Shown here: positions 25,557 to 35,211 of the stretch, one piece after another
Numbering within the stretch: the stretch's first letter is position 1
How the letters are laid out: each line of letters starts with the position of its first letter
From: Desulfurellales bacterium
GTDB taxonomy: Bacteria > Campylobacterota_A > Desulfurellia > Desulfurellales > Hippeaceae
NCBI GenBank assembly: GCA_027035885.1
Contig: JALVTR010000135.1
Coordinates: 9,964-73,963, forward strand
DNA: 64,000 nt
Reading direction: 5' to 3'
Notes under the pieces: model-generated
Seen by the model: the letters and a program-made list of their open reading frames with translations, nothing else
Databases searched by the model: none
Told to the model about the DNA's origin: nothing
Made by a program: the position numbers and the translations under genes

Positions 25557-27659
25557 GTGAAGAAGTTTAAATTTATTCTTTTTGTTGTGGTTGCCATATC
25601 TATTTCTGTTTCATCATTCGCTAAAGATAACTCTATTCACATACAGGCCGATCATGTGTCTTACAATAAGAAACTTTCCACTTATTATGCTTATGGACAC
25701 TGTAAGATTTACGATTTAAATTACGTGTTAAAAGCCGATAAGGTCAGCTTTAACGACAACAGTTCAATAGTGGAAGCAAAAGGGCACGTGTATATTAGGG
25801 ATTCTTTTGGCAATTGGATAAAGGGCAGCTATGCGATTTTAAATTATTCGACGTATAGGGGTTATATAAAAAGAGCCGTGATGTTTGTTAATGGTAACCA
25901 TATATACGTAAGGGCGAAGAGGATTATTTTTTACGGTAAAAATAGGTATTTCATCAAAGACGGTGCAATAACTAGTTGTAATTGCCCGGGATTTGTAAAT
26001 TATAAAGAAGGGGCTCATCCCAAGTGGACAATAAACGCCAAAAATACCTATATAGTGAGGAATGATTATTTATTTGCATATCCGGTGCTTTTAAAAGCAC
26101 GAGGGGTTCCTGTATTTTTCCTTCCATTTGTTAGGAAGAGCTTAAATAGAAAGAGAAGGACAGGTTTTTTATTTCCTTATGTAGGTATGTCCTCTACAGA
26201 TGGGTTTAAATATATACAGCCTTTCTTTATTAATATTAGCCCTTCTCAAGATATAACGCTATATCCTTTTACTTACTCTAAAAAGGGTAACGGTATAAGA
26301 GGACAATATAGATTTTATTGGACTAAATACTCAAAAGGCAAATGGGATATAACGGTTTTCAAAGAAAAGGTACCATATGCTGGCTCAACTCACAAGAAAA
26401 CAAGGATAAGCTTGAGAGCTAGCCAATATGCTGATTTTGGAGAGTACGGACATTTCAGCTATGATGTGAACATAGTTAACAACAGGAATAACTTGAGGGT
26501 TTTGGATATGAGCAAGTTAGAGACGTCGTCCGATAGGTATACAACATCGACTGCGTCTTATTATCTAAATTACAAAAATTACTTTTTGTCGATTTATTCA
26601 CAGTTCTATCAAGATTTAATTGCAGAAAATAACAAGGCAACACTCCAAAAGATGCCTGTTTTAAAATTCGGTGTGATAAACAAAAAGCTTTATAAAAACT
26701 TGACTTTGGATTTTTTACAGACAGTGTCCAACGATTTTAGGATTGAAGGAGAACGAGGTATTTATACAGATTCGACAGGTTTCTTGTCCTATCCTTTTAA
26801 GCTTTATCATTTTAGTATAACACCTAAAATTGGTGTTCATGAGTTATATTCAAAATGGGAGAATGCCCCTAATAACCGCAAATTCTCACGAAGAGCATTT
26901 GTTCCTGATTATAACCTTTCTCTTAGCACTGCTTTATATGGTGTTTTTTTAAATCGTGGCGCTTCTGGGTTTGTTGGAGTCAAACACACAATTAGGCCTA
27001 CGATTTCCTACGAATATATACCGGAAAGGTCTCAGCGGTTCGCAGATTTTGTTCCAACATATCCCAAGACAAATAAGATTACCTTTAATTTGGAGAACAT
27101 CTTGACTGCTAAGTTTATTGATAATGGAAAGTCATCCTACAGACAGGTTTTCTACAATAGGATTACAGTGTATTACGATTTTGCAAAAGCTTACCACACG
27201 CCCTATCCACCGATTTATGAAGAAACAATAATCCAACCGTTTGATTTTTTAAAACTAACAAGTCAGGCACACTATTTCTTTAAAAAGCATATGTTTTTAG
27301 ATTCGTCTGAGAATTTGGACATAGGAAACAAAAAAGTAGGTTTTAGTATTGGATATACGATGTCCCGCGATTATAATTACAACCTCACAGATGAAAGTGT
27401 GAGCTCGAAGGTTTATGCTTATCCTGTAAAAAAACTCTATGTATATGCATCTTTTGAAAAAAGCATACATTATTCCTACTATCCTTTAAGGAAATTCGGC
27501 TTTATGTATCAAGAGGATTGTTGGGGTATTGGTCTGGATTTTTACTACACAAAATCGTCTGAGGAACAAGAAAACGGTGAATATAAAACCCACTTGGATA
27601 AGGGTTTCTGGATAACCTTTGATCTAACAGGATTGTTCAGTATTAAGAGGCAATACTGA
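25557..27659 (+). CDS. lptD: LPS assembly outer-membrane protein LptD
   Basis: Signal peptide KKFKFILF...SSFA from GTG 25557; OstA-like N-domain, ITSC...PKW, RRTGFLFP, QEDCWG, C-terminal aromatic beta-strand. Confidence 0.88.
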   Translation: MKKFKFILFVVVAISISVSSFAKDNSIHIQADHVSYNKKLSTYYAYGHCKIYDLNYVLKADKVSFNDNSSIVEAKGHVYIRDSFGNWIKGSYAILNYSTYRGYIKRAVMFVNGNHIYVRAKRIIFYGKNRYFIKDGAITSCNCPGFVNYKEGAHPKWTINAKNTYIVRNDYLFAYPVLLKARGVPVFFLPFVRKSLNRKRRTGFLFPYVGMSSTDGFKYIQPFFINISPSQDITLYPFTYSKKGNGIRGQYRFYWTKYSKGKWDITVFKEKVPYAGSTHKKTRISLRASQYADFGEYGHFSYDVNIVNNRNNLRVLDMSKLETSSDRYTTSTASYYLNYKNYFLSIYSQFYQDLIAENNKATLQKMPVLKFGVINKKLYKNLTLDFLQTVSNDFRIEGERGIYTDSTGFLSYPFKLYHFSITPKIGVHELYSKWENAPNNRKFSRRAFVPDYNLSLSTALYGVFLNRGASGFVGVKHTIRPTISYEYIPERSQRFADFVPTYPKTNKITFNLENILTAKFIDNGKSSYRQVFYNRITVYYDFAKAYHTPYPPIYEETIIQPFDFLKLTSQAHYFFKKHMFLDSSENLDIGNKKVGFSIGYTMSRDYNYNLTDESVSSKVYAYPVKKLYVYASFEKSIHYSYYPLRKFGFMYQEDCWGIGLDFYYTKSSEEQENGEYKTHLDKGFWITFDLTGLFSIKRQY

Positions 27660-27907
27660 TGGAAGAGGATAGAAAAGCAATAGCTTTAAAGTATAAGCTG
27701 AGCGAGGATAGTGCACCAAAGGTTGTTGCAAAGGGTAGGGGCTTTTTGGCCGAAAAGATAGAGAGAATCGCAAAAGATTACGATATCCATATAGAAAAGG
27801 ATGTTGAACTTGCAGAAAGTTTGTATAAACTCAATTTAAACCAAGAGATACCAGAAGAACTATACGAAGCCGTGGCAAAGATTTTAGCTTATATCTACAA
27901 TTTTTGA
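27659..27907 (+). CDS. Stand-alone FlhB C-terminal domain protein (EscU/YscU/HrcU-like)
   Basis: AIALKY, APKVVAKG, LAESL, EIPEELYEAVAKILAYIY. Confidence 0.9.
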   Translation: MEEDRKAIALKYKLSEDSAPKVVAKGRGFLAEKIERIAKDYDIHIEKDVELAESLYKLNLNQEIPEELYEAVAKILAYIYNF

Positions 27908-29442
27908 ATTATTATGCCGTATTTTTTTATTCTATAGTCCAATTGTCTAATTGTGTAGCCTAAAAGACGAGCTGCCTTAGATTTTACATATCCGGTTTTC
28001 TTTAAAGCTTCTTGGATTTGTTGTTTTTCTATATTTTCAATTGTCATCGGCACATCTTTTAGACAGCTATCTTGTTGTTGAAAATCTGTATCGGTTGTAT
28101 TTTCCTTTATGTAAGTTGGAAGATCGTTTGACTTTATGTCATCGTCATTCATTATTACCAGCCTTTCAATTGTGTTTTCTAATTCTCTAATATTTCCACC
28201 CCATTTATATTTTACCATTACTCTAATTGCATCTTTTTTTATTGATATACGTTTTTTATAAATTTTGTTAAACTTCTTTAGGAAATAATCGATTAAAAGT
28301 GGTATATCTTCTCTTCTTTCTCTCAACGGTGGAACATTTATGGGTATTACATTTAGTCTGTAGTATAGGTCTTCTCTAAAATTTCCTAAGCTTATTAACT
28401 CTTCTATATTTTTATTTGTCGCCGCTATAATTCTAACATTTACAGGCACCGTCAATTCGCTTCCAAGCCTTGAGATTTCTTTATCTTGTAGAACGTTTAG
28501 TAGCTTTGCCTGTAAGCTTAATGGCATATCTCCAATTTCATCTAAAAACAGTGTTCCTCCGTTTGCGAGTTCAAATTTCCCCCTTTTTCTTGACGTTGCA
28601 CCGGTAAATGCCCCTTTCTCGTAACCAAATAGCTCACTTTCTAAGAGGTTTTCTGGTATGGCAGCACAGTTTATAGTAGCAAATGGTTTATTCCTTCTTG
28701 GGCTTAGTTTATGAATTGTCTTTGCAATTAGGCTTTTTCCTGTTCCACTTTCACCTGTTATTAAAATTGTTGAATCTGCCACTGCCACTTTAAGTAAGAT
28801 TTTCTTTAGGTTTGATATGGCGTTTGACACCCCTATTATATCATTTAGTGCTATTGCCTCTTTGCTTATAGTTGTTAGAAGGATTTCCTTTTCTTCTTGC
28901 CAAAACTTGCGTTCTTCCTCCATCCTTTCATACATTTTTTTGGTTAGGCCAATCAGAGTAGCAAGGGTAGAGAGCATTTTTATTGCATCGTCGTGTGAAA
29001 ATGTACGCGTTTTTTCTTTATAGGTGCATAAAACGCCAAATTTTTCTCCTCCAACTTTTATAGGGACACCCAAAAATACGAGTTCATTCCCAATCCTTTT
29101 TGTTATTCGTGTTTTATTTAAATATTTAGGGTTGCTTTTTATGTCGTATATTACAGCTGGAACCTCGTTTTTGAAAATGCTTCCAACAACACCTTCCCCC
29201 TTTTTAAATATTCCTTTTGATGCCTCTTTTTTTGTCATTCCGAAACTTTCAACTATTTTTAGCCTGCCTGTTTGATTATCGTAAAGAGCCATAAAGGAAA
29301 TTGGAGCATCCCAGTAAGAATACAGGATTTTGAGAATTTCTTTTAATGATTCGTTAAGCGTGTTTTTTTTGCTTAATATTTTGCTTGCTTCGTGTATAAT
29401 TGTTAAATAGCCTTCTTTGATGTTAATCTGTTGACCAGTCAT
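27895..29442 (-). CDS. NifA-like sigma54 enhancer-binding protein (GAF-AAA+-HTH)
   Basis: GAF domain (GEGVVG), GESGTGKS, ESELFGYEKGAFTGA, LFLDEIGD, FREDLYYRLNV, HTH KAARLLGYTIRQLDYRI. Confidence 0.92.
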   Translation of the reverse strand: MTGQQINIKEGYLTIIHEASKILSKKNTLNESLKEILKILYSYWDAPISFMALYDNQTGRLKIVESFGMTKKEASKGIFKKGEGVVGSIFKNEVPAVIYDIKSNPKYLNKTRITKRIGNELVFLGVPIKVGGEKFGVLCTYKEKTRTFSHDDAIKMLSTLATLIGLTKKMYERMEEERKFWQEEKEILLTTISKEAIALNDIIGVSNAISNLKKILLKVAVADSTILITGESGTGKSLIAKTIHKLSPRRNKPFATINCAAIPENLLESELFGYEKGAFTGATSRKRGKFELANGGTLFLDEIGDMPLSLQAKLLNVLQDKEISRLGSELTVPVNVRIIAATNKNIEELISLGNFREDLYYRLNVIPINVPPLRERREDIPLLIDYFLKKFNKIYKKRISIKKDAIRVMVKYKWGGNIRELENTIERLVIMNDDDIKSNDLPTYIKENTTDTDFQQQDSCLKDVPMTIENIEKQQIQEALKKTGYVKSKAARLLGYTIRQLDYRIKKYGIIIQKL

Positions 29443-29469
29443 TGTTCGCAAGTTTACAAAATTGTAAAC
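29443..29469. promoter_or_regulatory. NifA-type upstream activator sequence plus overlapping palindrome
   Basis: TGT-TCGCAAGTTT-ACA (TGT-N10-ACA) at 29443-29458; GTTTACAA-AA-TTGTAAAC inverted repeat at 29452-29469. Confidence 0.65.
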
Positions 29470-29531
29470 AAAAGTTCAAGTTATTGCTTAAACAATGTAG
29501 TGCTGTTGTGCTAAAACTTTTTATAATAACA

Positions 29532-29549
29532 AAGGAACAGATATTGCTT
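29532..29549 (+). promoter_or_regulatory. Sigma54 (-24/-12) promoter of glnA
   Basis: AAGGAACAGATATTGCTT: GG (29534-35), N10, GC (29546-47). Confidence 0.8.
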
Positions 29550-29586
29550 AAATTGGTTATAAAACTATTTTTTGGAGGTAAAAATG

Positions 29587-30999
29587 ATGACACCTGAAGA
29601 TGTAGTAAAAAAGATTCAGGAAGAAGACATTAAAATTGTAGATGTTAGGTTTGTTGATTTACTTGGAACATGGCAGCATTTTAGTGTTCCAGCCCATACG
29701 ATTACTGAAGAGGTTTTTGAAGAGGGTATAGGGTTTGATGGTTCTTCTATTAGGGGTTGGAAAAGTATTAATGAAAGTGATATGTTGGTTATTCCTGACC
29801 CAAATACTGCATTTGTTGATCCGTTCGCCGAGGTTGGGACTCTTAATATCATATGCGAGATAGTAGATCCTGTTACGAGGGAACCTTACGAGAGGCACCC
29901 TAGAGAGGTGGCTAAAAAGGCTGAGGAGTTCTTAAAATCAACAGGCATTGCAGATACGGCTTATTTTGGACCTGAATTGGAATTTTTCATTTTGGATGAT
30001 GTGAAGTATAGAATTGAGTCGAATATAGCGTATTATGAAGTTGATTCAGTTGAAGGTATATGGAATTCCGCTAGGGAGGAAGAGCCAAACTTGGGTTATA
30101 AAGTTAGACATAAAGAGGGTTATTTCCCTGTTTCGCCATTGGATAGTCTGCAGGATTTAAGGAGTGAAATTGTCCTTGAACTTGAAAAAGCAGGCATTGA
30201 GATTGAGGCACACCATCACGAAGTTGCAACTGCTGGTCAGGCAGAGATAGATGTTAGGTTTACATCACTTCTTCAACAGGCTGATAATGTGCTGAAATAT
30301 AAATATATAGCTAAGAACGTTGCTTTGATGTATGGTAAAACGATAACATTTATGCCTAAACCATTGTCCGGCGATAACGGAACTGGTATGCATACACACC
30401 AGAGCTTATGGAAAGATGGTAAACCACTGTTTGCAGGAAATGGATATGCAGGATTAAGTGAGTTGGCACTGTACTATATAGGTGGAATTATAAAACATGG
30501 CAAAGCTTTGGCTGCATTTACAAATCCAACAACTATATCTTACAAAAGGCTTGTTCCTGGATTTGAAGCTCCAATCAATCTTGCATATTCTTCAAGGAAC
30601 AGGTCTGCTGCCGTAAGGATTCCAATGTACTCTCCTTCTCCAAAGGCGAAGAGAATTGAGGTAAGATTCCCAGATCCTACAGCTAACCCTTACCTTGCAT
30701 TTGCTGCTATGCTCATGGCTGGTTTGGATGGAATAATAAACAAAATTGACCCGGGTGAACCGTTGGATAAGAATATCTACGATTTGCCTCCAGAGGAGCT
30801 TGCAAAGGTGGATAAGATGCCTAAGAATTTGGAAGAGGCTTTGGATGAACTCGAGAAGGATTACGACTTCTTGTTGAGAGGCAATGTATTCACCGAAGAT
30901 CTAATCAGAACGTGGATTGATTACAAGAGAGATAATGAAATTAAGTTTGTAAATTCCATTCCCCATCCTGCAGAGTTCTATTTGTACTTCGATGTTTAA
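29587..30999 (+). CDS. glnA: Glutamine synthetase type I (GSI-beta)
   Basis: [43 protein letters not shown], adenylylation site KNIYDL. GGAGGT SD favours ATG 29587 (29584 possible). Confidence 0.97.
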   Translation: MTPEDVVKKIQEEDIKIVDVRFVDLLGTWQHFSVPAHTITEEVFEEGIGFDGSSIRGWKSINESDMLVIPDPNTAFVDPFAEVGTLNIICEIVDPVTREPYERHPREVAKKAEEFLKSTGIADTAYFGPELEFFILDDVKYRIESNIAYYEVDSVEGIWNSAREEEPNLGYKVRHKEGYFPVSPLDSLQDLRSEIVLELEKAGIEIEAHHHEVATAGQAEIDVRFTSLLQQADNVLKYKYIAKNVALMYGKTITFMPKPLSGDNGTGMHTHQSLWKDGKPLFAGNGYAGLSELALYYIGGIIKHGKALAAFTNPTTISYKRLVPGFEAPINLAYSSRNRSAAVRIPMYSPSPKAKRIEVRFPDPTANPYLAFAAMLMAGLDGIINKIDPGEPLDKNIYDLPPEELAKVDKMPKNLEEALDELEKDYDFLLRGNVFTEDLIRTWIDYKRDNEIKFVNSIPHPAEFYLYFDV

Positions 31000-31010
31000 T
31001 TTTAAGCATT

Positions 31011-31034
31011 GGGCGGGTTTATTGTCCGCCCTTT
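31011..31034 (+). terminator. Intrinsic terminator after glnA, overlapping the convergent hemG stop
   Basis: GGGCGGG-TTTATTG-TCCGCCC followed by TTT. Confidence 0.65.
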
Positions 31035-32359
31035 ATTCTTTCTAATATCTGATAAGCGGCCTTTACACAGTCATTTAAACCCACGCCGTAAAAGGCGTTT
31101 CCCGTAATAATGATACCCCTGTTTTTGTTCTCAAAGTTGTTTATTTTCTCTAAAACGTCTTTGTGTTCCATTGTATATACAGGAATCGCTTTTCTGTGTC
31201 TTTTGATGAAGCTGAATTCAAATGGCTTGAATATTGAGGCACTCCTCTGAAGTTCTTTAATGGCAGATTCTATTATGTTTTGTTTAAAGGGTGCATCTTT
31301 TGCAAGTTGGCCCCCGACCATTAGTCTAACGAGTGTTTTGCCATTTTCTGCGCGAAAATTAAAAACAGATGAATCAAACAAAACGCCTATAACATCTCTT
31401 ATCTCTTTTAGAGCAAATAGGTATCCAAATGAGTTTATTGTATCGGGTAAATTTTTATCTTTGTATCCTAAAGCAACAACAGACATAGGTGCATAGGGTA
31501 TTTTGTTTAAAACTTTCTCAAGACCTCTACCATAGTTTTTTAGAATTTCTTTCAGTGCATAACTCGGTATAGCAAAGATCACAATGTCGGTCGTGTACGA
31601 TGATTTTTTTCCTATCAATGTGTATCTGCTTTCTTCTTGCTTCAAGTCCACAATGTTATCCTTAATAATCTTAATATCCTTTGAAAGGTGGTTTAAAAAG
31701 CTTGAAATCCCATCTTTGAATGACATCAGTTTGGATGAAAAACCACCGGTTGTTACACTTGCGCTCGTTTTTTTATTTATCATGAGGGAAATTAACCCTT
31801 TAATGAGTGAACCGTACGCCATTTCGATTTCCTTTATCCTTGGAAAGTTGGATTCCATGCTCATGACCTTTGGGTTACCTGCAAATACGCCGCACACCAT
31901 TGGACCAATTACTTTGTTTAGAAATTCTTTTCCCAGTCTCCTTTTAACGAAGCTTTCTACCGTTTCATCGTTAGAGTTCGGCTTTACAAATGGCTCTTTC
32001 AATATCTTGAGCTTGGCTTTTGTACTCAAAAAACTACTAAACAAAAGTTTTGCTGGGTTGCTCTGAATTTCCCATAGTTTGCCTGATGAGAATATGAATT
32101 TTCTATCTGCATAATCGTTGCTTTGTATTACCTCATCTTTGAAGTGACTCTCTTCTATAAGCCTTTTTATTTCTTTTTTATTTGATAGAAATCCATTTGG
32201 CCCTGTTTCTATTAGATACCCGTTTGTTTTTATTGATAGGGCTTTTCCACCAATCCTATCCTTTTCTATTAAGCTAACACTGTAATCTGTGTGCTTTTTG
32301 ATTAAGTAAGCAACTGATATGCCCGATACGCCGCCGCCGACAACTATTACTTTTTTCAT
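31019..32359 (-). CDS. hemG: HemY-type protoporphyrinogen/coproporphyrinogen oxidase
   Basis: VVGGGVSG FAD motif, IETGPNGF, ETVESFVKRRLG, CGVFAG, GVGLNDCV. Confidence 0.88.
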   Translation of the reverse strand: MKKVIVVGGGVSGISVAYLIKKHTDYSVSLIEKDRIGGKALSIKTNGYLIETGPNGFLSNKKEIKRLIEESHFKDEVIQSNDYADRKFIFSSGKLWEIQSNPAKLLFSSFLSTKAKLKILKEPFVKPNSNDETVESFVKRRLGKEFLNKVIGPMVCGVFAGNPKVMSMESNFPRIKEIEMAYGSLIKGLISLMINKKTSASVTTGGFSSKLMSFKDGISSFLNHLSKDIKIIKDNIVDLKQEESRYTLIGKKSSYTTDIVIFAIPSYALKEILKNYGRGLEKVLNKIPYAPMSVVALGYKDKNLPDTINSFGYLFALKEIRDVIGVLFDSSVFNFRAENGKTLVRLMVGGQLAKDAPFKQNIIESAIKELQRSASIFKPFEFSFIKRHRKAIPVYTMEHKDVLEKINNFENKNRGIIITGNAFYGVGLNDCVKAAYQILERIKGGQ

Positions 32360-33045
32360 TCAACCTTTGATATGGCAGAGAATTTTACTTGAGCCTTTAT
32401 GATTCTTTGTCCAGATACCGTTTGAATGCCATTAGAGTTGCCCTTTGGTGCGGCTTTAAGTAACATCCTCGGTGCAAATGGATTGAAAACGGGTCTTGGC
32501 TCACCGTAGGTTATTTTAACGGATGATATGTTGTATTTCTTACCCAATGTTGCGTTTATGATTTTTAGTAGTTGTTTACATCTGATCAAGGATTGTTTGA
32601 ACATCTCTGCTTTGACTTTAGCAGCTTTTTTATTAGACAAGGAAAAACTCAATCTTTCGATATTTATGCCAGTTTGATACGGAAAGTGTCTCTTTGAGAT
32701 GTATGCCAATACCTTGTGCGGTGTTTCAACCTTGTCCGTGTTTATGAGTATGTACGCTATGGCCACTCTTGAGCCACGATAGTCTACTTGTGTCCTGATC
32801 TCGTTTTTTTGGTAAATGGTATTTAGAAAGCTCAAAAAATCATTGTTTATCGGCTTTAGGCGTTTTAATGCATTTGAGAAGGTGTTACCCTCGGCCCAAA
32901 CCTTGAATTTCATTTGTAATCTATCGCAACTTACCCTTTTTTGTACGGTGAAAGATGTTGATATGGTTGAATAAACATTGTTTGCCTGTGCTAAAAGGGG
33001 TAAAAGTACAAGCAATACTATCAACATTGCCATTTTATTTTTCAT
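32356..33045 (-). CDS. Exported protein, probably SIMPL/DUF541 family
   Basis: Signal peptide ending AQA-N; length and alternating beta/alpha pattern resemble SIMPL. Confidence 0.55.
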   Translation of the reverse strand: MKNKMAMLIVLLVLLPLLAQANNVYSTISTSFTVQKRVSCDRLQMKFKVWAEGNTFSNALKRLKPINNDFLSFLNTIYQKNEIRTQVDYRGSRVAIAYILINTDKVETPHKVLAYISKRHFPYQTGINIERLSFSLSNKKAAKVKAEMFKQSLIRCKQLLKIINATLGKKYNISSVKITYGEPRPVFNPFAPRMLLKAAPKGNSNGIQTVSGQRIIKAQVKFSAISKVE

Positions 33046-33094
33046 TTTTACACCTCCTTTTTATCCATTATTATTTATTTTTATAGAACAAAAA

Positions 33095-34264
33095 TCAAGA
33101 AATTATGTTGTTGATTGTTGAAGCCACTGTATATCCGCTTGAGAATGCGTACTGCAGATTAAATCCACCGACGCTGCCCTGAATGTCCACTATTTCACCG
33201 CAGAAAAACAGGTTTTTCATTATTTTTGACTCAAACGTCTTTGGGTTTATCTCCTTTATGCTAACGCCACCATTTGTAACAAATGCCCTTTTGAATCCAC
33301 ATTTTGTCACCTTGATGCAGAAATTGCTTAAGAAGCTTTCTATGTCTTTTAACTGTTTTTTATTGAGGTTTGCAGCCTGTAGTTCTTTGTGTGGCGATAG
33401 CTCTGTAAGTCTTTTTGGCAGGAACTTAGATAAATAGTTTTTTGTTTTTCCTTTGTAAAAATGAAGTTTTTCAACGGTATACTTTGGACTATCTAAAAGC
33501 TTTATACTAATCTCTGCTTCCTTGAAACTATTGGCAGAGAGCTTTAAAATCACAGGTCCACTTAAGCCGAAGTGAGTAAATAGAACATCGCCTTTCTCCG
33601 TTATTCTCTTGTTTCCTAACTTTAATGTAACGGAGATATCCTTCAAGCTTATTCCCCTTAAATGATCCAGCTTGTCTTTTGAGCAGAACGGCACTTCAAT
33701 GGGTTCTAAATCCACTACCGTATGTCCCAACTGTTTGGCCAAGCTATAACCAAAACCATCAGAACCCGTTTGAGGATAGCTCTTGCTACCTGCGGCTAAG
33801 ACGAGATTCAACGTTTTATACACATTTTTTGCAGTTTGAACGATAAAAAGGTCTCCTTCTTTTTTTATGCTTATTACAGGTTCAAACTTTTTAATTTTTA
33901 TCCTTGTTTCCACCTTGCTTTTCAAGAGTTTTGAAAATTCTTTGGAGGACATGTTTTTTAAAAATATTTTGCCGTTTTCTTCATGCGTTTCTACACCCAG
34001 TCTTTTAAGCCACGACAAGAGTTCGTCCCTAAAGAAGTTGTCAAAAGTATTCCTTAAGAATTGGCCGTCTCTACCATAACCAAGCAGAAAATCCTCAAGT
34101 GGCAAAATGTTTGTTATGTTGCACCGGTTGTTTCCTGTCATGGCAAGTTTTTTTGCGCCCTCGTATTTGTCAATTATAGTTACATTGTTGGTTTTTAGGA
34201 AATAGGCGCAGGCAAGGCCACTTGCGCCTGCACCTACTATTATCACGTCTAAGACTTTAGACAA
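33095..34264 (-). CDS. HI0933/YhiN (BaiN-like) flavoprotein
   Basis: GAGASG, TGNNRCNITN, YPQTGSDGFGY, LFTHFGLSGP, VTNGGV, GGFNLQYAFSSG. Confidence 0.92.
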   Translation of the reverse strand: MSKVLDVIIVGAGASGLACAYFLKTNNVTIIDKYEGAKKLAMTGNNRCNITNILPLEDFLLGYGRDGQFLRNTFDNFFRDELLSWLKRLGVETHEENGKIFLKNMSSKEFSKLLKSKVETRIKIKKFEPVISIKKEGDLFIVQTAKNVYKTLNLVLAAGSKSYPQTGSDGFGYSLAKQLGHTVVDLEPIEVPFCSKDKLDHLRGISLKDISVTLKLGNKRITEKGDVLFTHFGLSGPVILKLSANSFKEAEISIKLLDSPKYTVEKLHFYKGKTKNYLSKFLPKRLTELSPHKELQAANLNKKQLKDIESFLSNFCIKVTKCGFKRAFVTNGGVSIKEINPKTFESKIMKNLFFCGEIVDIQGSVGGFNLQYAFSSGYTVASTINNIIS

Positions 34265-35093
34265 GGTCTATCTTGGGTAGTCTTTCTATTAATCCTTTAT
34301 CGTATGCCTCTTTAAACAATAGTTCGCAGGCTTTCAATCCATCTTTGCCAATATCCACAGTTAGCTCGTTAACGTACATGCCAACAAATTTGTCTGCTAA
34401 CTCCTTGTCCATGCCGCGTGCGAAGTTTAGTGCATATTTCACGGCTTCGTTCCTGTGGTTTAGTGAAAACAATATGCTTTCCTTTAGAATTCGTGAAATA
34501 TCCTTCATCTCTTTACCAAATTTCCTGTGAATTGTGTTTACACCTAAAGGCAAAGGTAGACTTGTCTTTTCAAACCACCAAATGCCCAGGTCTATGATTT
34601 TTTCGAGGTTGTATTTTGAGTATGTAAGTTGTCCTTCGTGGATTATCAGGCCGGCATCCGCGTCGCCGTTGATTACAGCATCAAAGATTTTGTCAAACGG
34701 TATAACAGTTGTATTTAAATTTTTCCCTAAAAGCAATTGCAGTTCGAGGTATGCGCTTGTGAGTTTGCCGGGTATAGCGATGAGCTTTTTCTTGAGTTCC
34801 TCCAATGTGAATTTTTTCCTTGCGACAACCAATGGGCCATATTTGTATCCCATACTTGCGCCGCTTGAAAGTATGGCGTATTTGTCTGCAATTGTCGGAT
34901 ATGCGGCCAAAGATATTGCCGTTATGTCTAATTTTTCTTCAATGGCCATTTCATTTAGAGTTTGTATGTCTTTTAAAATCTGCTCAAATTGGTAACCGTT
35001 TGTGTCGACGCCATTTTCTATATTTAACCCATAAAACATAAAAGCGTCATCTGGATCTGGGCTATGACCAAGTGTAAGAATTCTCTCTTCCAT
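34257..35093 (-). CDS. mqnD: 1,4-dihydroxy-6-naphthoate synthase (futalosine menaquinone pathway)
   Basis: LGHSPDPDDAFMF, GASMGYKYGP, IIHEGQLTY, PLPLG, FVGMYVN. ATG 35093 with AGGAGG SD. Confidence 0.93.
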   Translation of the reverse strand: MEERILTLGHSPDPDDAFMFYGLNIENGVDTNGYQFEQILKDIQTLNEMAIEEKLDITAISLAAYPTIADKYAILSSGASMGYKYGPLVVARKKFTLEELKKKLIAIPGKLTSAYLELQLLLGKNLNTTVIPFDKIFDAVINGDADAGLIIHEGQLTYSKYNLEKIIDLGIWWFEKTSLPLPLGVNTIHRKFGKEMKDISRILKESILFSLNHRNEAVKYALNFARGMDKELADKFVGMYVNELTVDIGKDGLKACELLFKEAYDKGLIERLPKIDLV

Positions 35094-35121
35094 TTTAAAC
35101 CTCCTAAAGAATTTCGTTCTA

Positions 35122-35149
35122 ATTATACGAAACTTCATCTTCCTGTCCA
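35122..35149 (-). promoter_or_regulatory. Putative sigma70 promoter of mqnD
   Basis: TGGACA-N16-TATAAT on the minus strand. Confidence 0.55.
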
Positions 35150-35211
35150 TGTTTTTGTTAAATTCATGTTTCTTGACCAAAGTTACTTTTTTATATATTC
35201 TGGTGATTGCG

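Noticed and set aside
27895-29442. Calling the activator nifA and inferring nitrogen fixation
   Set aside because: No nif structural or cofactor genes are in the window; only NifA-like architecture is supported.
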